DNA from: an uncultured Rikenellaceae bacterium
GTDB taxonomy: Bacteria > Bacteroidota > Bacteroidia > Bacteroidales > VadinHA17
NCBI GenBank assembly: GCA_964500155.1
Contig: CAZCQC010000335.1
Span: 1-43,709, forward strand
Length of the DNA stretch: 43,709 bases
Direction: 5' to 3'
Below the pieces are notes generated by a model. It was given only the letters and a program-made list of their open reading frames with translations, searched no databases and had not been told where the DNA came from. How positions within the stretch are numbered: the first letter of the stretch is position 1; every line of letters starts with the position of its first letter. The position numbers were made by a program, and so were the translations under genes. Below are positions 1-9,135 of the stretch, piece after piece.

Positions 1-3000
1 GTAAATGGCGTTTACAGTCCAGGGTTTTTTGTTATAAGCGGGATACCCACTGTTGCAGGGACATATAGTTATACGGTAACTGTAGCCGGGCTTTGTACCG
101 GATCAAATAAAGCTTCTGGTACAATCACAGTAACTGCCGTACCATCGGCCACAATTTCATATACAGGATCTCCATGGTGTACCACAGCAGGTGTCCGGAA
201 TGTAACCTTAACAGGAACAACAGGAGGTATCTTTAGTGCTCCTGCCGGGCTGAGCATAAATGCTTTAACAGGAGCAATAACCCCGGGTTCGAGTACAGCA
301 GGAACTTATACGGTAACCTACACAATACCTGCAACAGGAGGGTGCGGAATATTCATAACAACCACCTCAGTTACAATTACAGCTTTGCCAACTGCAGTTA
401 TTTCGTATGCCGGCAATCCATTCTGTATTACACTTGCAACACCTCAACCGGTAACCTTTACGGGTACACCTGGTGGGACTTTTAGTTCGGCACCAGCCGG
501 ATTGAGCATAAATTCTACCTCCGGGGCAATTACCCCGGCTGCAAGTACGGCAGGGACTTATACAGTGACTTACACTATACCTGCAGCAGGCGGTTGTGCA
601 ATTGTTACAGCTACGACGATTGTTAATATTGTAACCTCTCCGACAGCTATAATTACATATCCGGGAAATCCATTCTGCAAAACCCTTTTGACAGGCCAAC
701 CGGTTACCCTGATCGGTACACCCGGCGGAACATATAGTGCCATGCCTTCAGGATTGAGTATAAACACAACAACCGGAGCTGTCACTCCTGCTCTAAGTAC
801 AGCAGGTACATATACAGTAATCTACACTATATCGGTTGCAGGGTGCGGAGTCGCCACAGCAACAACATTGGTAACCATAACAACTCTACCTGTAGCAAAT
901 TTCGGTTATTCAGGAACACCATATTGCAGTAATGGAGCGGATCCGTTACCAACTTTTACCGGAGGCGGAGTCGCAGGAATATTTTCATCAACCCCGGGGT
1001 TAGTTTTTGTAAATTCAGCAACAGGACAAGTAGACTTGTCTGCAAGTACTGCCGGTTCATACACGGTAACAAATACAATTGCAGCATCCGGAGGATGCGG
1101 AATTGTGACCGCCACTGCACCGATAACTATTACTGCTATGCCTGTCGCTTCTTTTAGCTATCCAGAGACACCATATTGCAGCAATGAACCAGATCCGTTC
1201 CCGACCTTTAGCGGAGGAGGAGCTGCAGGTGTATTTTCATCAACTGCGGGTTTAATATTTATCAGCACTCTGACGGGACAGGTTGATCTGTCGGCCAGTA
1301 CCCCGGGTACCTACACAGTAATAAATACAAGAGTGGCTGCAGGTGGATGCATTGCTGTAATTGCATCTTCCAATATTACAATCACCCGACTTCCTGCGGC
1401 CACGATCTCCTATGCGGGAAATCCATACTGCAATACACTCGCAGGAATAATTCCGGTTGTCCTGATCGGGACTCCAGGTGGCATTTATAGCGCCTCACCT
1501 GCAGGTCTGACTATTAATTCATCAACCGGAGCGATAACACCTGGTACCAGTGCTGCCGGCACCTATACAGTGGCATACACTTTAGCAGCAGCAGGAGGTT
1601 GCGGAATTGTAACAGCAACGACCATCATTACAATAAATGCCACTCCATCGGTTATTATAACCAATCCTGCAGCGGCATGTTCACCTGCAACTGCAGATAT
1701 AACTGCCCCCGCTATAACAGCAGGATCCACACCGGGACTTACTTTTACTTATTGGATGGATGCTGCAGCGACTATAGTTTTTGCTACTCCGGTAACAGCA
1801 ACAACAGGAACATATTACATTAAGGGAACTACCATTGCCGGGTGTTTTGATATAAAACCTGTAACGGTAATTATTAATCCTTCACCAACTGCAACAGCAT
1901 CAAATAACGGACCTGTATGCGAGGGGTCGCTGCTTAACCTTGTGGGTGGTCCATTGGGAATGAAAACTTATTCATGGACCGGACCTAACGGTTTTACTTC
2001 CGGTATAATGAGTCCTACCGTATCTTCATCTGCTACATTAGCGATGGCAGGTGTTTATACCCTGACAGTTTTAAATAGTTCAGATTGTCAGGATACTGCT
2101 ACCACAAGGGTTTATGCCTATTCAGTACCTGTTTCGAATGCAGGGATTGGAGGAACTGAATGTGATCTCGATTTTAATTTACATGCAATACCAAGCGTTG
2201 GAACTGGCTTGTGGTCGATGGTTACCGGTGCCGGTACAGCTGTTTTCACACCGAATGCAAATTCTCCTGTCGCGACAGTTACAGTTTCGGCTTATGGAAC
2301 ATATACATTCAGGTGGACAGAAACTAACGGCCCCTGTATCAGCAGTTCAGTTGTTATTGTCAACTTTAACCAGATGCCCGATGCAAATGCCGGTACAGGA
2401 GGGGATGCATGTAATCTGAACTATACTTTAGGAGCAATCCAGGGTACTGGTATTGGATCATGGACAATGATCAGTGGTACAGGTACTGCAGTCTTCTCTC
2501 CGGCTGCGAACTTTCCCTCCGCGACGGTTCTCGTTTCTGAATACGGGCAAAAACGGTTTCTATGGACTGAAGTTAATGGGACCTGTTCTGATACTTCTTC
2601 TGTATTGGTTAATTTCTATGAACAACCTGTTGCAAACGCTGGCTCCGGAGGTAACAACTGTGGGCTCGATTTTAATCTGCGGGCTTTGCCCAGCCTGGGG
2701 ACTGGGACCTGGACCATTGAAAGCGGGCCGGGGAGCGCCACTTATAATCCTGATGCCAATTCTTTTGCGGCAAAAGTTACTGTCACAGCGCATGGAACCT
2801 ATGTATTCAGGTGGACTGAAGTAAATGGCACATGTTCGAATAGTTCGACTGTGTCTGTGACATTTATAGAGCAGCCACAAGCTAATGGCGGTCCCGGTGG
2901 AGATGAATGTGACCTGGATTTTGTTCTGAAGGCAGTTCCGGGAACAGGAACAGGAACATGGTCCAAAATTAGTGGTCCAGGAAACGCAACATTCAGTCCC

Positions 3001-3861
3001 AATGAGCATCAACCAAATGGTACAGTTACTGTCAGCCAGTTTGGAGCGTACGATTTTGCCTGGACAGAATCAAATAGCTTGTGTAATTCTTCGGATATTA
3101 TAAGAGTAACTTTTCATGATGCTCCTGCTGTAAATGCCGGAGCGGATCTGTTGCTGTGCAAAGGCAGCAGTATTCAGCTGAGTGCTTCTGGAACCGGATC
3201 ATTTGTCTGGTCTCCCGCTGGCTCTCTTAATAATCCGAATATTTACAATCCTGTTGCCTCACCTGGTACAACTACATTATTTACTGTAACTATCACTGAT
3301 CAATGGAAATGTATTAACAGTGATCAGGTAACTGTAGAAGTAAGGGTTCAGCCTGTTGCCAATGCAGGTGCCGATCAGAACCTTGATTTCACTTTCGAAA
3401 CGAACCTTCAAGCTTCAGTACCCGGAACCAATCAGACCGGAGTCTGGACTCTGGTTGAAGGAGAAGCCGATATTTCAGACACTCATAGTCCCACAACGCA
3501 TGTCAGTGATCTTTCACTTGAGACTAACAGTTTTCTCTGGACTGTAACAAATGGTGTTTGCCCTGCTTCGTGGGATACTGTACATATTAAAGTCAAAAAC
3601 CTTATTATACCGACATTAATAACTCCCAATCTGGACGGTAATAATGACTTTTTTGTTATCGGTGGTATTGAGACTATGGGAAAAACATCACTTACTGTGT
3701 TTAACAGATGGGGAGCCAGGGTATTTGAAAAACGGGAATATGACAATAGCTGGAACGGAGTTGACGACAAAGAAAACCCGCTTCCGGAAGATACTTATTT
3801 TTACATACTTAAACCTGAACAGTATAAGGCAGTTAAAGGATTTGTGGTTATCAGGAGATAA
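1..3861 (+). CDS. T9SS type-B CTD (gliding-motility-associated C-terminal domain) cargo, giant repeat adhesin-like protein; 5' end lies outside the window
   Basis: Frame 1 is open from base 1 (VNGVYSPGFF...). The track start at 385 is an internal TTG, so the gene is 5'-truncated. The protein consists of Ig-like repeat modules and ends in the type-B sorting motif: LIIPTLITPNLDGNNDFFVIGGIETMGKTSLTVFNRWGARVFEKREYDNSWNGVDDKENPLPEDTYFYILKP...VVIRR. Confidence 0.85.
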   Translation, partial: VNGVYSPGFFVISGIPTVAGTYSYTVTVAGLCTGSNKASGTITVTAVPSATISYTGSPWCTTAGVRNVTLTGTTGGIFSAPAGLSINALTGAITPGSSTAGTYTVTYTIPATGGCGIFITTTSVTITALPTAVISYAGNPFCITLATPQPVTFTGTPGGTFSSAPAGLSINSTSGAITPAASTAGTYTVTYTIPAAGGCAIVTATTIVNIVTSPTAIITYPGNPFCKTLLTGQPVTLIGTPGGTYSAMPSGLSINTTTGAVTPALSTAGTYTVIYTISVAGCGVATATTLVTITTLPVANFGYSGTPYCSNGADPLPTFTGGGVAGIFSSTPGLVFVNSATGQVDLSASTAGSYTVTNTIAASGGCGIVTATAPITITAMPVASFSYPETPYCSNEPDPFPTFSGGGAAGVFSSTAGLIFISTLTGQVDLSASTPGTYTVINTRVAAGGCIAVIASSNITITRLPAATISYAGNPYCNTLAGIIPVVLIGTPGGIYSASPAGLTINSSTGAITPGTSAAGTYTVAYTLAAAGGCGIVTATTIITINATPSVIITNPAAACSPATADITAPAITAGSTPGLTFTYWMDAAATIVFATPVTATTGTYYIKGTTIAGCFDIKPVTVIINPSPTATASNNGPVCEGSLLNLVGGPLGMKTYSWTGPNGFTSGIMSPTVSSSATLAMAGVYTLTVLNSSDCQDTATTRVYAYSVPVSNAGIGGTECDLDFNLHAIPSVGTGLWSMVTGAGTAVFTPNANSPVATVTVSAYGTYTFRWTETNGPCISSSVVIVNFNQMPDANAGTGGDACNLNYTLGAIQGTGIGSWTMISGTGTAVFSPAANFPSATVLVSEYGQKRFLWTEVNGTCSDTSSVLVNFYEQPVANAGSGGNNCGLDFNLRALPSLGTGTWTIESGPGSATYNPDANSFAAKVTVTAHGTYVFRWTEVNGTCSNSSTVSVTFIEQPQANGGPGGDECDLDFVLKAVPGTGTGTWSKISGPGNATFSPNEHQPNGTVTVSQFGAYDFAWTESNSLCNSSDIIRVTFHDAPAVNAGADLLLCKGSSIQLSASGTGSFVWSPAGSLNNPNIYNPVASPGTTTLFTVTITDQWKCINSDQVTVEVRVQPVANAGADQNLDFTFETNLQASVPGTNQTGVWTLVEGEADISDTHSPTTHVSDLSLETNSFLWTVTNGVCPASWDTVHIKVKNLIIPTLITPNLDGNNDFFVIGGIETMGKTSLTVFNRWGARVFEKREYDNSWNGVDDKENPLPEDTYFYILKPEQYKAVKGFVVIRR
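142..1644 (+). repeat. Six tandem coding repeats of 82-84 aa (246-252 nt period), Cys-containing Ig-like modules
   Basis: The recurring pattern is P.A.ISY.GNP.C...PV.L.GTPGG.(F/Y)S..P.GL.IN..TGAITP..STAGTYTVTYT...GGC....ATT. The conserved Pro codons sit at 142, 388, 640, 889, 1141, 1393 and 1645. Confidence 0.85.
2137..3132 (+). repeat. Four tandem 83-aa (249 nt) coding modules of the NAG.GG.(E/N)C.L.F type
   Basis: The module-initial Asn codons are at 2137, 2386, 2635 and 2884, and the next module type starts at 3133. Consensus: NAG.GG.EC.LDF.L.A.P..GTG.W....G.G.A.F.P.A..P.A.V.V...G.Y.F.WTE.NG.C.SS..V.V.F...P. Confidence 0.85.
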
Positions 3862-3872
3862 GGTAGTTTAAA

Positions 3873-6035
3873 ATGAAAGGATTTGTAAGATTCATTGTTA
3901 TATTTTCACTGATGCTGTTGTCGGTTACTGCAACTTATGCACAGCCGGTGTGGGTAAAGGAAACACCAGCAGTAGCATCTGCCGGACCCTTATCTATTAC
4001 AATGAGTTATGGGATTAATGTCACAGGCAACGTATATATTATAGTTTACAACATTAATAACACTGCAATTTATTCATCGTCAACCGTAAGAACAAGGGCG
4101 CTCCTTGGTCCCAGCGGCTCAATTGTAGCAACAGCAAGTATCTCAGTCAAAACTGCCGACATCAATAAAATACTACAGGTTGTTCTGGGGGTTAAAGATC
4201 CCAATCAGGTGCATACAATTTACATTGTTGCAGCCAACAGCAAAGGAACACTTCAGGTATCGCCTGTAAGGCTTAATGCAACCACACTTCCCTGCCCGGA
4301 AGCTAACGCAGGTCTGGGAGGAAATGAATGCGACCGTAATTTTGTCCTAAATGCTGTACCGGTTTTCGGAACAGGAATCTGGACCAGAGTTTCCGGTCCC
4401 GGTAATGCATCTTTCTCGCCTAATGCAAACACTCCGAACGCAACTGTTTCAGTCACAGTCTATGGCACATATGTTTTCAGATGGACCGAATCACAAGGTG
4501 TCTGTAAATCGAGCGATGATATAACTGTTAATTTTTATCAGCCACCGGTTGCAAACGCCGGCTCCGGAGGCAGTGTATGTGATCTGAAGTTTGTCCTGCA
4601 GGCTGTCGTGGGCAGTGCCGATGTAAAAGGAAACTGGACCCTGACCAGCGGAACCGGAACAGTAACCTTCTCACCCGATGCCTCCAGTCCGGCTGCCACT
4701 GTTACTGTCTCTGAGTTTGGTACCAAAGTCTTCACATGGACAGTCACAAATGGTCCATGCTCAGCCAGCTCAAGTGTCACTGTGAATTTTAACCAGACAC
4801 CGGTATCAAATGCTGGTCCCGGAGGTAATAACTGCGGACTTGAATTTTATTTCAATGCTGTGCCAAGTTTCGGAACTGGTACATGGACAAGAGTAAGTGG
4901 GCCGGGCACAGCTGCATATAGCCCAAACAACCATGATCCTGCAGCAAAAGTAACTGTGACAGCTTATGGGACCTACGTTTTCAGATGGACCGAAGTTAAC
5001 GGATCCTGCTCAAGCAGGTCTACTGTAACAGTAGGTTTTTTTGAACAGGTCTCCGCAAATGCCGGCAATGGTGGTGATGAGTGTGACCTTAATTTTGTAC
5101 TGAATGCAGTTCCAGGAAACGGGACAGGTACATGGACAAAGGTAGGTGGTCCGGGGAATTCGACATTCATTCCGAATAATCATCAATATAATGCTACAGT
5201 GACGGTTACCCAGGCGGGTGAATATGATTTTGCATGGACAGAAGTCAACAATAATTGCAGTTCGACTGATGTTATTCGTGTGGTTTTCCATTCTGCCCCG
5301 GCTTTAGATGCCGGACCTGATGCGGTTATTTGCAAGGGAGGTAATATCAGGTTGCAAGCCCAGGGCTCAGGAACATTTTCCTGGACTCCTGCGAACCTTC
5401 TTAATAATGCGGCTATCTCCGATCCAGTTGCCACACCTGTTGTGACAACCATCTTCACCGTCTCTCTGACGGATCAGTGGCTGTGCAGAAACACAGACCG
5501 AGTTACCATAGAAGTACGGGAAAAACCCATTGCTTATGCCGGACCGGATCAGATCCTTGATTTCCTTTTCGAAACTTCACTCGAAGCAACTGCCCTGAAT
5601 GTTTATGAAACAGGAGAATGGGAAATACTTTCCGGAACAGGGACATTTTCAAACAGAAATAGTAACAAAACAAATGTGTCGGACCTGGCGCTTGGAGAAA
5701 ATAAGATTCTGTGGAGTGTAACCAACGGTGTATGTACTGCTTCTTCTGATACAATACTTGTTAAGATAAATGAATTGATCATTCAGACATTGCTGACCCC
5801 CAATGATGATGGGAATAATGACTTGTTTATCATCAGGGGGCTTGAGTCGCTCGGGAGAGCGAGGTTAAATATTTTCAACAGATGGGGTGCCATCGTCTTT
5901 GCGAAGGATGATTACAGGAATGACTGGGACGGGAAGGATAATAAAGGAAATATTCTGCAGGATGATACTTATTTCTACGTTCTGAAACCTGAAAAAATAG
6001 CATCTATCAAAGGTTATATAGTAATTAAACATTAA
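3873..6035 (+). CDS. T9SS type-B CTD cargo, repeat adhesin-like protein (paralog of the C-terminal ~575 aa of the upstream gene)
   Basis: It has a signal peptide (MKGFVRFIVIFSLMLLSVTATYAQ) and a unique ~120-aa head. This is followed by four NAG.GG..C.L.F modules, two further modules, and a type-B CTD (LIIQTLLTPNDDGNNDLFIIRGLESLGRARLNIFNRWGAIVFAKDDYRNDWDGKDNKGNILQDDTYFYVLKP). The gap to the upstream gene is 11 nt. Confidence 0.88.
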   Translation: MKGFVRFIVIFSLMLLSVTATYAQPVWVKETPAVASAGPLSITMSYGINVTGNVYIIVYNINNTAIYSSSTVRTRALLGPSGSIVATASISVKTADINKILQVVLGVKDPNQVHTIYIVAANSKGTLQVSPVRLNATTLPCPEANAGLGGNECDRNFVLNAVPVFGTGIWTRVSGPGNASFSPNANTPNATVSVTVYGTYVFRWTESQGVCKSSDDITVNFYQPPVANAGSGGSVCDLKFVLQAVVGSADVKGNWTLTSGTGTVTFSPDASSPAATVTVSEFGTKVFTWTVTNGPCSASSSVTVNFNQTPVSNAGPGGNNCGLEFYFNAVPSFGTGTWTRVSGPGTAAYSPNNHDPAAKVTVTAYGTYVFRWTEVNGSCSSRSTVTVGFFEQVSANAGNGGDECDLNFVLNAVPGNGTGTWTKVGGPGNSTFIPNNHQYNATVTVTQAGEYDFAWTEVNNNCSSTDVIRVVFHSAPALDAGPDAVICKGGNIRLQAQGSGTFSWTPANLLNNAAISDPVATPVVTTIFTVSLTDQWLCRNTDRVTIEVREKPIAYAGPDQILDFLFETSLEATALNVYETGEWEILSGTGTFSNRNSNKTNVSDLALGENKILWSVTNGVCTASSDTILVKINELIIQTLLTPNDDGNNDLFIIRGLESLGRARLNIFNRWGAIVFAKDDYRNDWDGKDNKGNILQDDTYFYVLKPEKIASIKGYIVIKH
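4305..5306 (+). repeat. Four tandem 83-85-aa coding modules, colinear with 2137-3132
   Basis: The module-initial Asn codons are at 4305, 4554, 4809 and 5058. The following modules start at 5307 and 5535. This spacing is the same as in gene 1 apart from one 6-nt insertion. Confidence 0.85.
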
Positions 6036-6036
6036 A

Positions 6037-6954
6037 ATGAGAAAGATAATAAAGATACTTTTTCTTCTTATGATTCCCTTAAGTGTTTGTGGTCAGCTGA
6101 CCCCACTCACCAGTCAATATGTACTTAACCCGCTGTTGCTGAATCCTGCATCTGCAGGGAACAGGGGAGTACTCAATGTTGCTGCATTTTACAGGAAACA
6201 ATGGGTGGGGGTAACCGGATCTCCTGAAACGATGACACTTACAGCCGATGCACCATTCAGGGATGACAGGATGGGATTTGGACTTTCAGTTGTAAGCGAT
6301 AAGATTGGAATTACCAAGGAGACTCAATTCAAGACAAACTATTCGTACAAGATCAGTGTGGGAAAAGGAGATCTCTCTTTTGGGTTGGGAGCAGGGCTGA
6401 TTATAACAAATACAGCATGGTCAAAACTGATCGTTCTCGATCCCGAAGAAGATATTCTTCTGGTGGACTCAAAAGGCTTTGTGGTTCCGGCTTTCAGTTT
6501 TGGGACCTACTATTCCGATCAGCGGTATTTTGCAGGGTTTTCAATACCTAAGCTGCTTGGTTATCAATATAATTTTGAAAAGAACAAATATGTCATTAAC
6601 AATAATATGAGTGAATATTATTATTTATTCAACACTGGCTATCTTTTTGACCTTTCGTCCAATCTGAAATTCATGCCTTCAACGCTTATTGTTTATTCTC
6701 CCGGCGAGAAGTTTCTCTACGACATTAATGCCCATTTCATGGTAATGAACCGTTTCTGGATCGGGGCTTCCTACCGTAATAACCGGGCATTATCAGGGAT
6801 GTTCCAGTTTCAGCTGACCGATCAGATAAGATTCGCATATACTTATGATTATGACATAGCCAAATTGCAGACATTCAGTTCCGGTTCGCACGAGATAATG
6901 CTCCGGTATGAATTCCGTTACAAAGTTGAAGCTATAAGTCCCCTGAATTTCTAA
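6037..6954 (+). CDS. PorP/SprF-family type IX secretion system membrane protein
   Basis: The 305-aa protein has a signal peptide followed by the family-typical N-terminus GQLTPLTSQYVLNPLLLNPASAGNRG...FYRKQWVG. The rest looks beta-barrel-like, with alternating hydrophobic residues and a terminal aromatic (..ISPLNF). It starts 1 nt after a type-B CTD cargo gene. Confidence 0.85.
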   Translation: MRKIIKILFLLMIPLSVCGQLTPLTSQYVLNPLLLNPASAGNRGVLNVAAFYRKQWVGVTGSPETMTLTADAPFRDDRMGFGLSVVSDKIGITKETQFKTNYSYKISVGKGDLSFGLGAGLIITNTAWSKLIVLDPEEDILLVDSKGFVVPAFSFGTYYSDQRYFAGFSIPKLLGYQYNFEKNKYVINNNMSEYYYLFNTGYLFDLSSNLKFMPSTLIVYSPGEKFLYDINAHFMVMNRFWIGASYRNNRALSGMFQFQLTDQIRFAYTYDYDIAKLQTFSSGSHEIMLRYEFRYKVEAISPLNF

Positions 6955-6963
6955 TCTCCTGTC

Positions 6964-9096
6964 ATGAAAATAACATCTATCTCAGGTATTCTTGCTGCAT
7001 TTCTTTTCCCACTGGTCGTATTGGGACAGACGGAAACATATACAGTCAGGGCCGCCAGATTCAATTCAAATAAAAGTGATGAATTTTCTCCGGTCTATTA
7101 TAAGAACGGAATTGTTTTCTGTTCAAACATGAAACGTAACCTGTTCCTGAATTACCAGACCCCTGAAGACAAGGGACTCATTAAGATCAATTTTGCTGAT
7201 ACTGTCTCAGGAAAAGTCAGTCTCTTTTCAAAAAATCTGAGGACCAGGTTTAATGACGGTCCTGCATCGTTCAGCAAAAAAGGTGATACAATTTACTTCT
7301 CGAGGAACCTGAAAGTTGATGTTGATATTGACGAAAACTCACCCAGAAATAAGCTTGGAATTTTTACGGCAGTGCTCGAAAATGGCGACTGGGGGAAAAT
7401 ACTCGATATAAGGTTCAACACTGAGTATTATAATATTACAACTCCATATATTTCTCCTGACGGGAAGAGACTATTTTTTGCATCCGATAATCCCGACGGA
7501 TTTGGCGGTACTGATCTTTATTACTGTGACTGGAAAGGTGACTATTGGAGCGATCCTGTAAATATGGGTTCTCAGGTAAATACAACAGGGAATGAATCAT
7601 ACCCTTTTGTGAACAGTGAGGGAGGTTTGTTCTTTTCATCCGACGGGCACCCCGGATTGGGGGGTAAAGATATCTTTTATACGAGACAATCAAATAAAAA
7701 ATGGCTTCCCCCTGTTCATCTCGATACTCCCGTAAATTCGAGCTATGATGATTTTGCCCTGATTGCCGATTCAGTTATGAATAAAGGTTTTTTTTCATCA
7801 AAGAGAGGCAATTCTGTTGATATCTACCAGTTTAGTACAAATTATCACCAGCTCTTCTACTGTGAGAATCAGAGAGCCAATCAGTATTGTTTCAAATTCT
7901 CGGATGACACTAAAATACCTGTTGACGGGAGGTACCTTCAGTATGTATGGAATTTTGGGGACGGGACTATTGTAACCGGACAGAATGCAGAACATTGTTT
8001 CAGGGGCGCTGGTAAATACAAAGTGAGGCTGGAGACAGTTGACAAAAAAACAGGTAGAGTATTCTTTACCAAATTATCGTATGATCTTGATCTCAGGGAT
8101 ATTGAACAACCTGTTATTATTTCTCCGGCTTCAGGTTTGGCCGGGGAACCGGTAAGTTTCGACGGAATGACATCCAATTTCCCGGGATCCTCAATACTGG
8201 GCCAAACATGGTACTTTGGAGACGGGGACAGATCAAAAGGAGGAATCCTAAACCATACCTACCTTGAAAAAGGAGATTATGAGGTTAAGCTTGGACTAAT
8301 TGTCAGGAATAATAAAACAGGTATAATTCGCGAAGCCTGTGCCGTAAAACCTGTTAAGATATTAAGGGATAAGACAGAAAAGGCAGAATTTGACAGGAGG
8401 GAGATAAAGCCTAACCCGGTTATTAATATATTAGATTATGATCAGGCAAAAACCAGCAATATGTTTTCAGCCGAAAAAAATATTTCTCAGGATGTCGCAT
8501 ACAGGGTTGAGATAAAAAATTCAAAAATAAGACTTGCGCATGATGACAAAGCATTTATGAATCTTCCGGCAAAATATGCTGTAAAGGAAAATTACCTGCC
8601 GGGTGAAAAAGTCTATAGTTATTCAATTGATGAAGAACCAAGTCTTATGGCAACATATCCGACTTTCAGCGAAATAACAGGTCTTGGCTTTGAACTGACC
8701 AGGGTTATCCAGGTCAGCATTGATGATCCTGCTGCCAAAGAGTTGAATAATTTAGAAAAAGTATTCGGCGTATCCACCGATGTATTCTTCAGGAAAAATG
8801 ACTTCAGTCTGACTGATGCAGGCACACAACTGCTTGACCTAGTCCTTGGATTTTTATCTAAATATCCTGTATTGAAACTTGAGATCGCATGCCATACTGA
8901 CAATGTCGGGTCGGTATCCTCGAATCAGTTATTGTCACAGAAGAGGGCTGAAGCTATGGTTAATTATCTTGTCATTAACGGGATTAGCCGGCTGAGACTG
9001 ACTGCAAAAGGATATGGAGCCAATAAGCCCATTGCTCCTAATTACCAGGAGTCCGACAGAAAAAATAACAGAAGAATTGATTTTACAATATTGTAA
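6964..9096 (+). CDS. OmpA-family protein with TolB-like PD40 repeats and two PKD-like domains (PorE-like architecture)
   Basis: There is a signal peptide with no lipobox Cys. PD40-like repeats are present (SPDGKRLFFASDNPDGFGGTDLYYC; ESYPFVNSEGGLFFSSDGHPGLGGKDIFY). PKD-like motifs are present (WNFGDGTIVTGQNAEHCFRGAGKYKVRLETVD; WYFGDGDRSKGGILNHTYLEKGDYEVKL). The C-terminus is OmpA_C-like (FRKNDFSLTDAGTQLLD...LEIACHTDNVGS...NQLLSQKRAEAMVNYL...GYGANKPIAPN...NRRIDFTIL). Confidence 0.85.
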   Translation: MKITSISGILAAFLFPLVVLGQTETYTVRAARFNSNKSDEFSPVYYKNGIVFCSNMKRNLFLNYQTPEDKGLIKINFADTVSGKVSLFSKNLRTRFNDGPASFSKKGDTIYFSRNLKVDVDIDENSPRNKLGIFTAVLENGDWGKILDIRFNTEYYNITTPYISPDGKRLFFASDNPDGFGGTDLYYCDWKGDYWSDPVNMGSQVNTTGNESYPFVNSEGGLFFSSDGHPGLGGKDIFYTRQSNKKWLPPVHLDTPVNSSYDDFALIADSVMNKGFFSSKRGNSVDIYQFSTNYHQLFYCENQRANQYCFKFSDDTKIPVDGRYLQYVWNFGDGTIVTGQNAEHCFRGAGKYKVRLETVDKKTGRVFFTKLSYDLDLRDIEQPVIISPASGLAGEPVSFDGMTSNFPGSSILGQTWYFGDGDRSKGGILNHTYLEKGDYEVKLGLIVRNNKTGIIREACAVKPVKILRDKTEKAEFDRREIKPNPVINILDYDQAKTSNMFSAEKNISQDVAYRVEIKNSKIRLAHDDKAFMNLPAKYAVKENYLPGEKVYSYSIDEEPSLMATYPTFSEITGLGFELTRVIQVSIDDPAAKELNNLEKVFGVSTDVFFRKNDFSLTDAGTQLLDLVLGFLSKYPVLKLEIACHTDNVGSVSSNQLLSQKRAEAMVNYLVINGISRLRLTAKGYGANKPIAPNYQESDRKNNRRIDFTIL

Positions 9097-9132
9097 AATT
9101 TCAGATTTACGGATGCCGGCAGATATGAAATT
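9097..9132. terminator. Candidate bidirectional hairpin between convergent genes
   Basis: AATTTCA (9097-9103) pairs with TGAAATT (9126-9132), and the loop contains the palindrome TGCCGGCA. On the - strand a TTTT run follows. The stem is short and the loop long, so this call is weak. Confidence 0.3.
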
Positions 9133-9135
9133 AGT

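Noticed and set aside
385-3861. The track-suggested start at 385 for the first large ORF
   Set aside because: The codon at 385 is an internal TTG. The same frame is open back to base 1 and encodes further copies of the same repeat modules, so the gene is 5'-truncated by the window rather than starting here.
142-5306. Regular ~250-nt periodicity that could be mistaken for a CRISPR or other non-coding array
   Set aside because: The period is a multiple of 3 and there are no short identical direct repeats separated by unique spacers. Conservation lies at the protein-motif level inside one open frame, so these are coding domain repeats.
69-5754. Many antisense or alternative-frame ORFs of 60-150 aa inside the two cargo genes (for example 367-699 -, 2560-3012 -, 4538-4780 -, 5010-5291 -)
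   Set aside because: They lie entirely within long, motif-rich ORFs on the other strand or in another frame. Their products are low-complexity (Cys/Arg/Thr/Pro-rich) mirror images of the Gly/Thr/Ala-rich repeats. They have no independent signals.
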